DNA of 64,000 nucleotides, taken from the NCBI RefSeq assembly GCF_002571385.2, contig NW_019217836.1, positions 388,882 through 452,881 of the forward strand, read 5' to 3'. A model generated the notes under the pieces. That model saw only the letters and a list, made by a program, of their open reading frames with translations, searched no databases and was not told the DNA's origin. The translations under genes were made by a program, and so were the position numbers. This document shows positions 25,301 through 37,300 of the stretch, piece by piece (positions within the stretch are counted from its first letter, which is position 1; the number at the start of each line of letters is the position of its first letter). The DNA is from Stylophora pistillata. Taxonomy: Eukaryota.

Positions 25301-28300
25301 TGTCTGCTCTTGCAAGTAAGATGAAAACCAATTGTTTATTATTCGGCAAAATCCATAATGGTTATAAGTAAAACAGCATGATCTACTGTATCGAAAGCTT
25401 TCTTTAAGTCTTTAAAAACACCACACGAAAATAAACGTTTATCCATATTGCTCTGAATGGTATTAACTATCAATGTCAATAATTGCATGTTGGGTTGAAT
25501 GCTCTTCACGGAATCCGTATTGAGAGCGATGAAGTACATGTATGTCTTCTTCATTAAAATAAAAACTTTCATTCTTTTGTACATCAATTTTTCAAAAATT
25601 CTGTTAAAATTAGAGAGCAAATTAAGATATTAGTAGTTATTGCCGTTAGTGAACTTTAGACCCCAAAATCACACACAGTATGCTTGGGCTGCCTGTGGTG
25701 TTATCAACACTGTCACCCTTTTGGAGCATGACATCAAAATAATCTGTTACACCACAGGTTCACCAAAGAAACATCAGAAGAGTTCTATTTCAGACGGTGA
25801 CAACAATTTGTAATGAGATATTGGGGTTTAACATTTCAGTGAGAAAAGGTATTGCTACTATATTAGAATATAAAGGTGAAACCATCAGTAGAAAACAGTT
25901 AAGGGTTAGGAAGAAGTACTTTACCACATACAGCTTGAATTGCAATAATATATTTCAGATTATTATTGTATTAATACTCTCTTTAACAAGTCATTTCAAT
26001 TGAAAATGACAGGAAAATAAGTAAGAAGGCACACGTGGGTGGTGCTCTCTCAAAGGGATTCTTTCAGCTGAATAATGCAATAAAAAAAATCCTAAATGAA
26101 AGTGCAGTGTTTCTAAATCTTTTGTCCACTTACCTTCATAATACTCAGATCTTATATTGAATAATTTAATTACAAATTTCTTGCAGTGTTTCATCATCAT
26201 TTATTTCAATCCATATGTCTTTCATGTTTTTAATCCTCTATCTACAAACACATTATTTTTTCTTTAAAGTATCTCCTGACATTGAAAGGGACCTAAATAT
26301 GTTTTCCTTTCAAAGAAGCACTTGCAAACTGCATGCCTATAAAAGTGACAAACAAGGCTTACAATACTGTGTTTCGATCAACTGTTGATTTGCAACAACA
26401 AAGATCACTTATCAAAAACACTACTAATATCGCTGATTTGATGCAAATATTATATATCTATGTCTACACCGAATGCAAATATGGCATCCAACTTGAGTTG
26501 CCATTGTTCTGGACTGACTAGCCTCTCACACATGTAATAATCCTTTTGTATTTCCACGTGAAGACAAGGCTAGTCAGTCCAGATCAATGGCAATTCAAAT
26601 TGGACGCCATATATTTGCATTCAGTGTATGCTGACACCAAATACACAGAGGGCTGTGACTAAAAAAGTTTCAGGAATTATTGTTATGTTATATAATTAAA
26701 CCTTTTATTTTAATTGATCTTTATTCCTGTATTATTCCCTTTATTTTTTGTTAGGAAGTGAAATCTGACTTTTTCCTAAATGATGTGAATTTCAAAAATC
26801 ACTGGCACCTCCTGATTCTTGTTTGCCTCTTCAGGTCTCATTTTTATATGTAACATTTTGGTAGAATTAATATTAAGGGCTTGAAAATGACATTTTAAAT
26901 CTGTCAAAATGTGAGAAAGATCTTTGCTCATGAAATCTTCCTTTTTTTTATTAGAATCTTGGAAAAAATTAATAAACTAAGATTGTTTCAAGAATTTCCT
27001 GAGAAGTTACAAGACTGTGATCATTCTTGTCAAAGACTGACAAAATTCTTTCCTTAATATATCTTTGAACCTCCGAAGAATCCAGCTGGATCCTTGCAAA
27101 GATCTTTTTAAGACATTCCCTTTGGCACAAATAAGGTTTCTGCAGGATCCTAAGAAAATCCTTACAAATCCTTTGAGGATCTTTATTTAAGGTCCTTAAA
27201 TGAATCATGATTTAACATAATAATTTGAAAGACATTAACATATTCTTGAGAATTTTGGAGGAATGTACAGTGTAGCTATAAATTGTACAAATGGCCTGAT
27301 GGTCCTTGAGGATTCAGCTGCTAGCAAAGATCTTAATAAGGATGGCGATCCGCTTAAGATTTTTATCAAATCTTGGAGGATCAACATTAACCCTAGCAAA
27401 GATCTCACTAAGATCCTTGTTATTTTCCTTGTGGACCTTGAAGGTCCTTACTTGTAACTTTGGTATGGTCTTATAATGACTAAGGATCTTTGTAGGATTT
27501 TTGGAGGATCTTCATCAAATCCTTTCAAGAAGGCAATCTCATTAAATAATTTTGCATACAAAGATCTTGGCAGGTTTTTCACAGCTCTGGTTTTAAGGGT
27601 CTCTCCTCAAAGACCCTTAAGTATCCTTTGGGGTTTACCACCAGGTTATATTGCCCAGACCCTCATCAGCTTTAATTGTGCTGCAGTACTAGTGCATGAT
27701 ATCTTCGATTGGTAGCTAGCTTATTTTAAAACCTGTACCTGCACAGCCTTGGGTGGTAATTTGCATATTCTCAAGTGCCAAATTTAGGAACAACAGGGTG
27801 TTATAAGGTTTCAAGTGGGTGCTTATATTTTACTCTTTGATATGCATATTGAAATTATCTTTGCATAGGGCTGATTTTTATATATTGTGTCTCACAAGGA
27901 GTTACCTCCATCAGACTGTAGTGTTTATTTGAGAAGGTATCCTTACAGCTCATTCATGTGCTGATAAGAGCATATACTTAAATTTCCTAAAAATTTGTGA
28001 GATGAGAGCTTGTTATTAAACAAATGATAATAATGATAAAACCAATTGATATTATAAATTGTAATGACAAAGATTTTTGTTATCATTTGATGTTGCCACC
28101 AGCATGTGGACAAAACAACTGAACTGAATTTAGTTTGGCCCACAAACTTGGGCTAATGAAATATTTCTTTTAGTGTCTAAGTTAATGACTTTCTTAGTGC
28201 TGTTCTAAACTTGCTGATCGTCCACATTGCCTTGAATCCAAATTCTTGATAGCTAATGGGTGATATTTACAACACTTGGGACAAAATGTATACAAACAGC

Positions 28301-31300
28301 TAATACCATTTTCTGTCAGAGGGATTTTCATTTTAAGTTTTCTCTGATTAGGGGCTTCAGTTGATTCAGTCTACGATCAAATAGATATCTCCTTCTTCTG
28401 CAATAACAACAAAACTCTCTCGGCATCTTGAATTAACAAAACCTTTCTTGTTACTGGATGCAATATTTCTGAATTGGGGTTTCTTACTCCAGTTCTAGCT
28501 GCACGGCTTGTTTAAGTTTTGGAATACATCTAAACCAATCACACTCTAGCAGAAATATTTTACAAATAATAATGATAATCATAATAATATAATTATTATT
28601 AATTATTACATAATTATTATTGTTATAATTATTCTTATTGCCTATTATTGTAATGGTAATTATTATCCCCAAAGTCTAGAATGAAATTATAGCTTTTTGA
28701 ACGTTATCTCCTTGAACAGGGCATTGTTGAGGAAGCTGAAATGCTGAATAACAGAGGAAAGGTAGAATTTCAAGAAAAAAGATATGAGAAAGCTTGTCAA
28801 CAGTATACATCAGCCCTAGAATGTCTTCCCAAAGGTTCAGAGAATGATAAACGGGTCAAGTATCTTTGTAACAGGGCAGCATGTTATGTGAACTTGGTAT
28901 GTAACTTGAGCTGATTTTCATACCTCAGGTTTTGATAACTTGACATAGCTCTATACTGTATGTACTTTTTCATGCTCATTGCAATAAAATGATACAAATT
29001 TGAGGTTGCTGACTTTTTTTCTTATCACACAGTTTAAGTATCTATTAACCTTAGTGCCATAGTTGTTTTTTGATGCTAAATGGGTATTGGTAAGTGGTCT
29101 ATATAAATTTATTGCAGATTAGATAGATTGTAAAAAAAATCTCTTCACTCACTAACTGCTTTAATTCATTTGTTATAACATTATAAAGACAATTAAGACC
29201 CTGTCCTTAATTGCTTACCAGTAAACAAGTGACTCAGAGCTTCTCAGAATGCATTATATACAGCTTAGAGGGAGGTCAAAGAATATTTCTAAGACCAATT
29301 AATGTATTGAAAATTTACAGCACACAAAAATAACAAGACATGGTGTAAGTTAGTGGGAAGGTCTGCTCAGTACATCTGAGGTCTGTAGTTACTATCATTT
29401 TGAGGAGCTGACGAAAAAATATTTTTCTCTTGCAGAGAAGGTTTCATGAGGCCTATTCTGATTGTGAAGAAGGTAATTATTTTTAAACCAATTTGCTTTA
29501 TATGAAATAAGTATTAGACATACATGCATGTACTAGTAGATTTAACAGAATGCTTTTTGTTGATGTGAGTGTTTTTATTTATAACTAAACTCAGATAAAG
29601 GCAGTTTGTAACTCAGTAGACAAGCAATGGCTTAGTTTTCCTGATTTGGCTGCAGAATTAATGATAAATTCTGTTTACAGACAAACTTACCTGATCGGAA
29701 GCAAAACGGAAATCAAACATACACGGTAAACGGTAAACTCACGGTAAACGCGGTAAATACTAAATTGCCAAAACAAATTTGCGCTCGAAAAACTCAAGAC
29801 TTTCAACTCCTTTTTTTGACGTGTGCAGGTTTCTTTTAGAGGTCAGGAGTTGAAAGTCTTTTTCGAGCGGAAATTTGTTTTGATAATTTAGTATTTACCG
29901 CGGTTACCGTGAGTTTACCGTTTACCGGTGGATAGCACAGTACGTTTTGGTAACACTTATCCGCTGGATAGCGATTTATCTGTTGGATAGTGTTATCCGC
30001 CCTTTGAACAACTGGGGCCTGCTGACCTCTAAAAGAAACCTGCACACGTCAGAAAAGGTCCGTGTGATTTGTTGACGACACGTTAACTTAAAATAATCTC
30101 AAAACACGCGCGCGCACAAGTTCGGTAACGTCTTCTTAACATTACCTGTTTATAAAAGACTTGTTGCAGACTCGTTGCAGAGACGATCTTCAGAATTTTT
30201 TGGAAGAAAAAAACCAACACTCAGTCCCATAAAATTGTACTCAGGCAGCGTGCCTCATTGGAAGCAAGGCCATTTTTTAAATTAGGCATCAGAATACATA
30301 TTAAATAAGTTTGAGAGCGGAGATTTTCTGATTATGACTCTGCTTTCCTTTTTTTGGAATGTGTTTTTATGTTTTTTGTTTTTTTTTGGCTCAGATAAAT
30401 ATCATGTCATCCTAATTCCTTTTTTTCTTTCGTATAAGCACTTGTATTGGATCCACGTCACAAGAAAGCTAGGTTCAGACTAGCTCAGGCTCTGAGGGGT
30501 AAGGGCCAAATTTCAGACGCCTACATGGAAATTACAAGTTTGAAAGAAAAGTTCAAACAGGTATAAATGTGTGAGTACTCACTGTGGAGTACATGTAGTA
30601 AATTTCAATTGGAGGACTAATCATCGTAATAACTGCAAATTCACCGAGCTCTTGGCATGAAGTTGATTAGAAACTAAAAGAAAGTCAGATGTTTGTGTCA
30701 AGATCAAGGTGATTTAAATCACATTATTTTGATAAACTAAAGCTAGGAAATCGACTCTCATTTCGTTTCATTGATTTTGATTGGCATTAGCTAGTTTACA
30801 TGTAACATAGGTAACTTTAGTTTCGTTGGCGTGTTAGCTTTTCAATTTGAACAGTTCAGTTACATCTACATGTAACTTGAAATTAGACAAGTCACATCGG
30901 CTCTCTTTTGCGAATGTAATGAAGTTCCAATCGACTATAGTTGTCATTGTAGGATATCGAAATTTGTATTCAGTTTTTCCGTATCCAGCGGGGCGTCTAT
31001 TAATTTAGAGGTTTGTTGTATATCAATTCCTTATGTTTACATTGTATGTACGTCTACTGAATTTAGTGGAGTTCGTATTTAGGCTTTTAAAGCTACTAAC
31101 AAATACTTACTTTGTCGTTACGTTTCATAATTTCTTTCCTAGCGCATGTTCTGCATTGTCAGTTTTTACTTGTCTCTTCCATTTCTCCAGGATGAAGGAA
31201 TAGTTTTACTTGCTAAAGCTTTGGAAAATGATATTGAGGTAAACATTATGTTACCATTATAAATTTATATTAGATTTCAATCTTCGTCAGTGATCTTAGT

Positions 31301-34300
31301 TGTTCCTTTTGCTTTGAGTTTCAATTCCTATTTACTATTTATTCGAAGCTCTTTGGTGTTCACTTACACATTTAGTTTATTGTAACTAGGTAAGTGATGG
31401 GTTAAGGTAAGTGATGGGTTAGGGCTAATTGCTTCGAAGTTATGGGATCGGAGACCTGAGTTGATCAAGATTGGTTGGGTGAGGGGGACACAGATAACTC
31501 CAGTCTCAGTTCCTTGAATTGGCCAGTGCCACCAAAGACAGACGGGTGCCTGCATTTCCACTTTTTCTCGTTTTTTATACACTGAATAGCCGCATAGGCA
31601 CACAATTATCCCAAAACTACTGACTTTCTTTTGCATCTCAAGCCCATGCAAAGAAAATAACGAAAGAAGCTGGCTTCTAGCTCCATCTGTCCATCGTTTG
31701 AGGCGACAAGAACATTTCTTTGTCACTCCTCGTGTTCCATCTTTTTAAAACTGCTTAGTTACGAATCACAATACGATAAGTACTTTATACTTCATTCTAA
31801 AGTGCTTTCGACCAGTGTTTTTAGCGCTTTTAGGCGGCAGAGCTCTTGATACGGGTAAGAAATCTGAGTAGCCCGTGGGATAAACTGCGGAAATAAGTTG
31901 CACTATTGTAACTCACCACGATGTGCGACTACAACTTAATTTTATGGAAAAAAAACTGGTGGATTGCAATTCGATTTTTTTGAAATAGAAGAAGTAAAGA
32001 AGCTAAACAGTTCTTTTTCTTTATAAACGTTAATTGATTCACAAAGGGATATTTTTTTCCGATTGAAATAATGCATCATGAGGTTGTATACATTACGGGA
32101 AATAACCGTGCTCGCAAATATTATTTGCGCTGAGGGATTACCGTGTTGGAATTTGCACAAGTCTGGTACTGACATCAGTTTTAGTCGATAGTTGTGCACT
32201 TGAGCAGAAGACTGGGTTTGCTATAAAATGTCAACTACTGTAAATAGGACTGGAAACGAGTCGTTGAGATGCCGATGGATATAAATCGAAAGAGTGCACT
32301 AAGCAATCATTAAAAACCTGTGTTGTTCACGAGAACTTTACTTTGCGGTTAAACGCCGTATTTTTTTGGTGTCTTACCACGGAAAGACCGATGCAGTAAA
32401 GGTTCATTGCTGTATGGAAAACATCACCGGCCTCAGCACTGAACGAAGATTTCTCGACCACGACTCCGGTAACGAATATGTTGTCAAAAACAAAATGATT
32501 TCCGACGTCATCGACAAAGAATTAAATGTCTCTCTCCAGTAGACGAAAACATTCCCTAGTCAAGAGTGCAATTTCAGAATTGTTCGAAGCCATTCCTCGC
32601 AATCTAGCCTCAGCCAGCTCAGTTTATCTTAGGGAATCTTTCTATAAGACTCAGACTCTCACAAATATTCATCATCAGACATTTTGAGCCGTATTTAGCT
32701 GGCAGAAACGATTTGCTTGGAGACTCGGGGTAGTTTTGTTAAAAGTCGGAAAACTCTAGAGAAATAAATCATTAATTGCTCTCGGGCTGGATCCGATTTC
32801 ATAAAAAAATCACGTGATTCGTAAAGGTAATCACATGATTTCCAGTACAATTTGGGATAAATCCGCACAAACTTTTCAGAGGCTAACCAAATCATACAAG
32901 CTCATAGGGCGAGTGCGGTTTATTGTCTTTGAAAAAAAAATTCCATGTGCTAATTTATCCCTAATAACACGAGAAAAATTTATTGGGTTACCTGTTGGTA
33001 ATATAGATGCAAAAAAATTGACTCTGTTTTTTTCTCAGCTCGGCTTGCCTTCGTGTTGTTGCCCGACTCGTCGAAGTTTTCCTGCAAGAATTCGCTTTTA
33101 GCTTTTAAACTTTCTGTCAGGAATAATTGAGTGTTTACACTCTTTCACAGTTAGAATACGCCTAACAGTAAACAGCACACGAAAATTATCACGCTCGTAA
33201 TTTAATCTCCGTCTTGCGTCCGAACTGTAGCGTAAACTCCTGCCTCTCGTTTCTATGATTCAATACTTTTGTAATAGCCTTCCTTTGGAAGCCCAAGACT
33301 TCCTGACTTATAGCTAGTTGTTTCTGCTTTGTTGGCTGTTTTCGTTCTGGACTAAACCGTTGTATTTTTCCTAACCTGTACGCCATTTTTTTTTTTTCGC
33401 CTTGGCAACTCTCCCGTCAATCAATTTAATTTTAATTTCTTACTCTGAATTTTAATTTTCTACCTACACTGTCTACACAGGATGCAAAGGAAAAAGCTCT
33501 GAATAAACGAAGTGAATTTTTATGGTACTATAGGATGTCTGATTGGGATCCAGCTCTGAAATGTCTGTGCGAAATATTAATTTTGATGCCAAGGATTCCC
33601 AAGCTATATGAAGAGTTGACGAAGATTTACCGGTATAGAGCAGAATGTTACATGGGAAAGGTGTGTATACCTAAGTTCAAACAAAGCTGATCTTGTGATA
33701 GAGAGCACCATATCTCACCGCCTAAAATCACACGAAGTCCCAACTAGTCACTTTACAGTGTGCCGGAGTCTTTGTGAAAGGCTTATCCCTTGAACATTTA
33801 AAATACTTGTCCTTCGCCATTATGAACCATTATAGTTGATCTTTGGGCTACAAAAGCTAAAAGAACGTCCTACGTATAAAACGCCTACAAAAAAACACAA
33901 TTGGCATGCAATACTCCACAATAATTCTCACTCACGCAGCAAACTTTATTTTCCTCGTTTTAGTTTTTACACAAAGGAATCTATATTGTTCTTCGCTCTC
34001 CGCCAAATGATAGGAAAAAAAGTAGGTAAAGGTAAAGCCTACTCAGGAGCCATGTGGCTCATCGGGCCACATGGGCTAGTATTTCTACAGTATTTCAAAT
34101 TATAGGAAAGAATCGATCTTAATCAGAACCTGCGTCGTTAATTGTATTGTTTTGGAATCTACAGCGCAACTTTGAAGACGCCCTAAGAGATTGTGAGGAA
34201 GGTAAGTAGCAAAGTTGATGTGAACGATTAGTTTTAATCAGGAAACAAAGATACTGTATTTTGTTTCAGATGTTTACGGAAAGGCTAGTCTCATGTCCAG

Positions 34301-37300
34301 ATTAGTTGGTTACTCATGGGTTCAATTCGATTTGGCAGTTGAAGCTCATTTTCTTGTTAGAGGGAAAACGCATTTTTACGCGTATTCTTTGGGGCTGATT
34401 ATTAACCGTGAAAGGAAGTAAACTAACAGAAGGAAAGTGTAATTAGTGAAGCTGCAAAGCGATGAAAGAAAAATTGTCCAACTTTCTAGTTTAATTCCTG
34501 ACAGTTTCTTTCCTGCCCCGTCATCGGCGGCGCGTCCAGCTTTAAAAGAGTACGGGCTAAAACGACAAAAAATGCCACGAAACGGCTGTCACGCAAGAAG
34601 TCAAGTATTTGGTACATTTCTGGCCACGCGGAAAGACTGGCCTTGACCTCATGCGTGACAGCCGTTAATCGGATCTCATTACATTTTTTTTCACATTTTT
34701 TAGCCCGAACTCTTTTCAAGCTGGACGCGTGGCTTATGGCGGGGCAAGAAAGAAACTTTGAGGAATCAAACTACAAGGATAAAGTTTAAAGATGATGTAT
34801 ATTGTGATTTGTAAATATATGGTACCAGACCCTTCTAAAGGCCCGAAAATGGGTCGTGGCAACTGTTCAGCGGTTTGCATTACATTTTTGACAAAATAGC
34901 CCAAACTCTTGAAAACCTGGACGCGCCGCTTGTGTTGGGCCAAGATACACAATTGGAGGAATTAAAATACAAGGATAAAGCTTTAAGATGATGTATATTA
35001 TGATTTGTAAATATAGATGGCAGACCTCTACATAGGCCACTGAAGTTGACCTCTATTTTGCCTCTGCGAAAAAGACACGAAATACTTTAATTCAACCAGT
35101 CACTCGTCGGACTTAAAACGTAACAACATGGCAAGAAATTAATATTATCCAAGAGATAAAAGGACCATCTGCTAGCACACAAAATCTAAAAGCGGGATTG
35201 CATCGCGTTGTAGTGTACGAAGTTGCCAAAGTTGCATAATTTGCCACTGCTTTACGGGGTGGGGGACAAAGGCCCTCTAGGCGTGTTTTGAACTTTTAGA
35301 TTTTTCGGAGAAAGAAAAGCGCGTTGGAACTTTTTTGATATAATTTTCGAAATTTTGCAACTGTCGGCGGATTCTCGATATTTGTGGTCAGTGGCTTTTA
35401 AATTTGAAAGTGTTAGTTCCAATGCAGCTACTAGGAGGGTGTTACTTCAGAAGTTCTTTATTTTTTGTGTTGAAATATACATTGAAAAGAAAAAAGAACC
35501 TTTATTTTGTACTACAAAGCGTTCTGGTGTTTAATGTAGTGCTGAAACTGTAAAGGATCAATTGAATGGTGAAGTGCACTACTATTAATTTTTGATTGAG
35601 ATACGAAGTGCTTTGGTCAACGCATTTTTTTTTTTTTTATTTTTTTATCTCCACAGCTGATAGGCTTTATCCTGGCAACTCCAACGTACTTTTTACCAAA
35701 ATGGAAGCTCTTGACGGGTTGAGAAAGTATAAAGAATGTTATGACGTTTGCAACCATATGCTCAGTAAAGGCTTCAAGGTTAGCAGCTGTTAAATAATCG
35801 GAACTTTATTAGCAATTAACTAGGTTAAAGAGGTTATAATCATAAGAAAAGACGAAAAAGAAAATCTTTCTAGGAACATCTTTGTGCAGATGTTGAGCAG
35901 CTGTTTTGGGACATTCTTTGCAGTTTGAATCTAGTTATTCATGTTTCGCTTATTTGGGACTTATATCAGATATTCATTCATTTCTCTTAAAAGGAGGAAG
36001 AAGCTCGAAAGACCATTAAACGATTGTTGCCTAAGGTTGGTGGAAACGTCCAGCACGAGTGCCAATGGAAGTAGTAATTAGGCANCAAAACAGACGGAGC
36101 CAAAATCTTATGCTAGCTCCTCGCTCAATACGTGGTAAGACACGATGATTCAGATGAGAAGCGGGAGAAAAATTTAAATCGGAGAAAATCAACTAATATT
36201 TACCTTGCTAAGTTGGACCCTGCTGTCCTTAAAATTAAGCGGATCAGATTCAGTAATCTCATCATGCTCTTCATCACCCGCTTATATAGTGATGAAATAT
36301 ATACGTTGTAGTACCCCGTCCACCAGCAAATAGTGGCTCACTGTCCTTTCATTCAACTTCTGGGAAGATGTCGAAAACAGATTTTGCCTGTTGATATGAT
36401 GGAGCACCAGATCACATGGAGAACTCTTACGGCTTTCATCGTTAACCTCCCTCACACTATGAGTGTATAACTCTTTCAACGCGCTGAAATACCTCTCTGT
36501 GTTCTCCTTAGTCAATACTGTTCGTGTATTTCAAAAGTGTCGTTATAAATAGAAGTGGTCGATAACAATATGTGCAAGTTGCGCCCTTTATCCCCGATGG
36601 AGTTTAATCGCAGGTGTTCTCTTCTGTTAAACGTGAGTAATGCGTTTGATTGGCAATATAGCTAAATTAATTTCAATAAACAATTGAAGAAAAAAAAGTC
36701 TTAAAGCCCGCAAGCTGTCTTGTGTATCTGGGTGCCTTTCTGCAAAGCGTTTTTGTGATTTTTTGTTGAAAGTTTTAACTATAGAAAATTCTGTGTTTTT
36801 TTTCGTCCTTTTTGAAAAAGACGTTTTAAACTCATACGTCGTGTACCATCTGCTTCAGATTGAGAGGGAAAGTAAGGAGTCTAAGAGGCAGGATAGACCA
36901 GAACTCCCTGAAGCTACAGATTTTTCCGAAAGCAAGGTAAATATTTAACTTCAGCGAAAGACATTGACAGATTCAAATCTTTATCCTCACACTAGTAGCT
37001 TTCTACCTTTTATAATTGTGAATCTTAACCTACCACTAAACTAAAACTTGCTTTAACCTATCATTGCTTCCTCTACAGCGATGTGCTACTTTTTTTAAAA
37101 AATAAAACAACAACAACAACAAACCAAAAAAAATAAACAAACAAACAAACAACAAATTTCAAAAACAAAACAAAAGGAAGAAAAAATGACTTGACGCGGG
37201 AAGGGCCCGCTTCAAGTAACCACTTTTTCTCAGCGCTTGATTTACTACTTTTTAATGTGAACGTGAAGGATAAGTAAATTCCTAAAGGCAGAAAAACGAA

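Noticed and set aside
37071-37110. Good-looking acceptor CTCTACAG at 37078 as an additional exon
   Set aside because: The required phase-0 frame hits TAA within 9 codons and no convincing donor follows. Exon 12 at 37628 already satisfies the phases.
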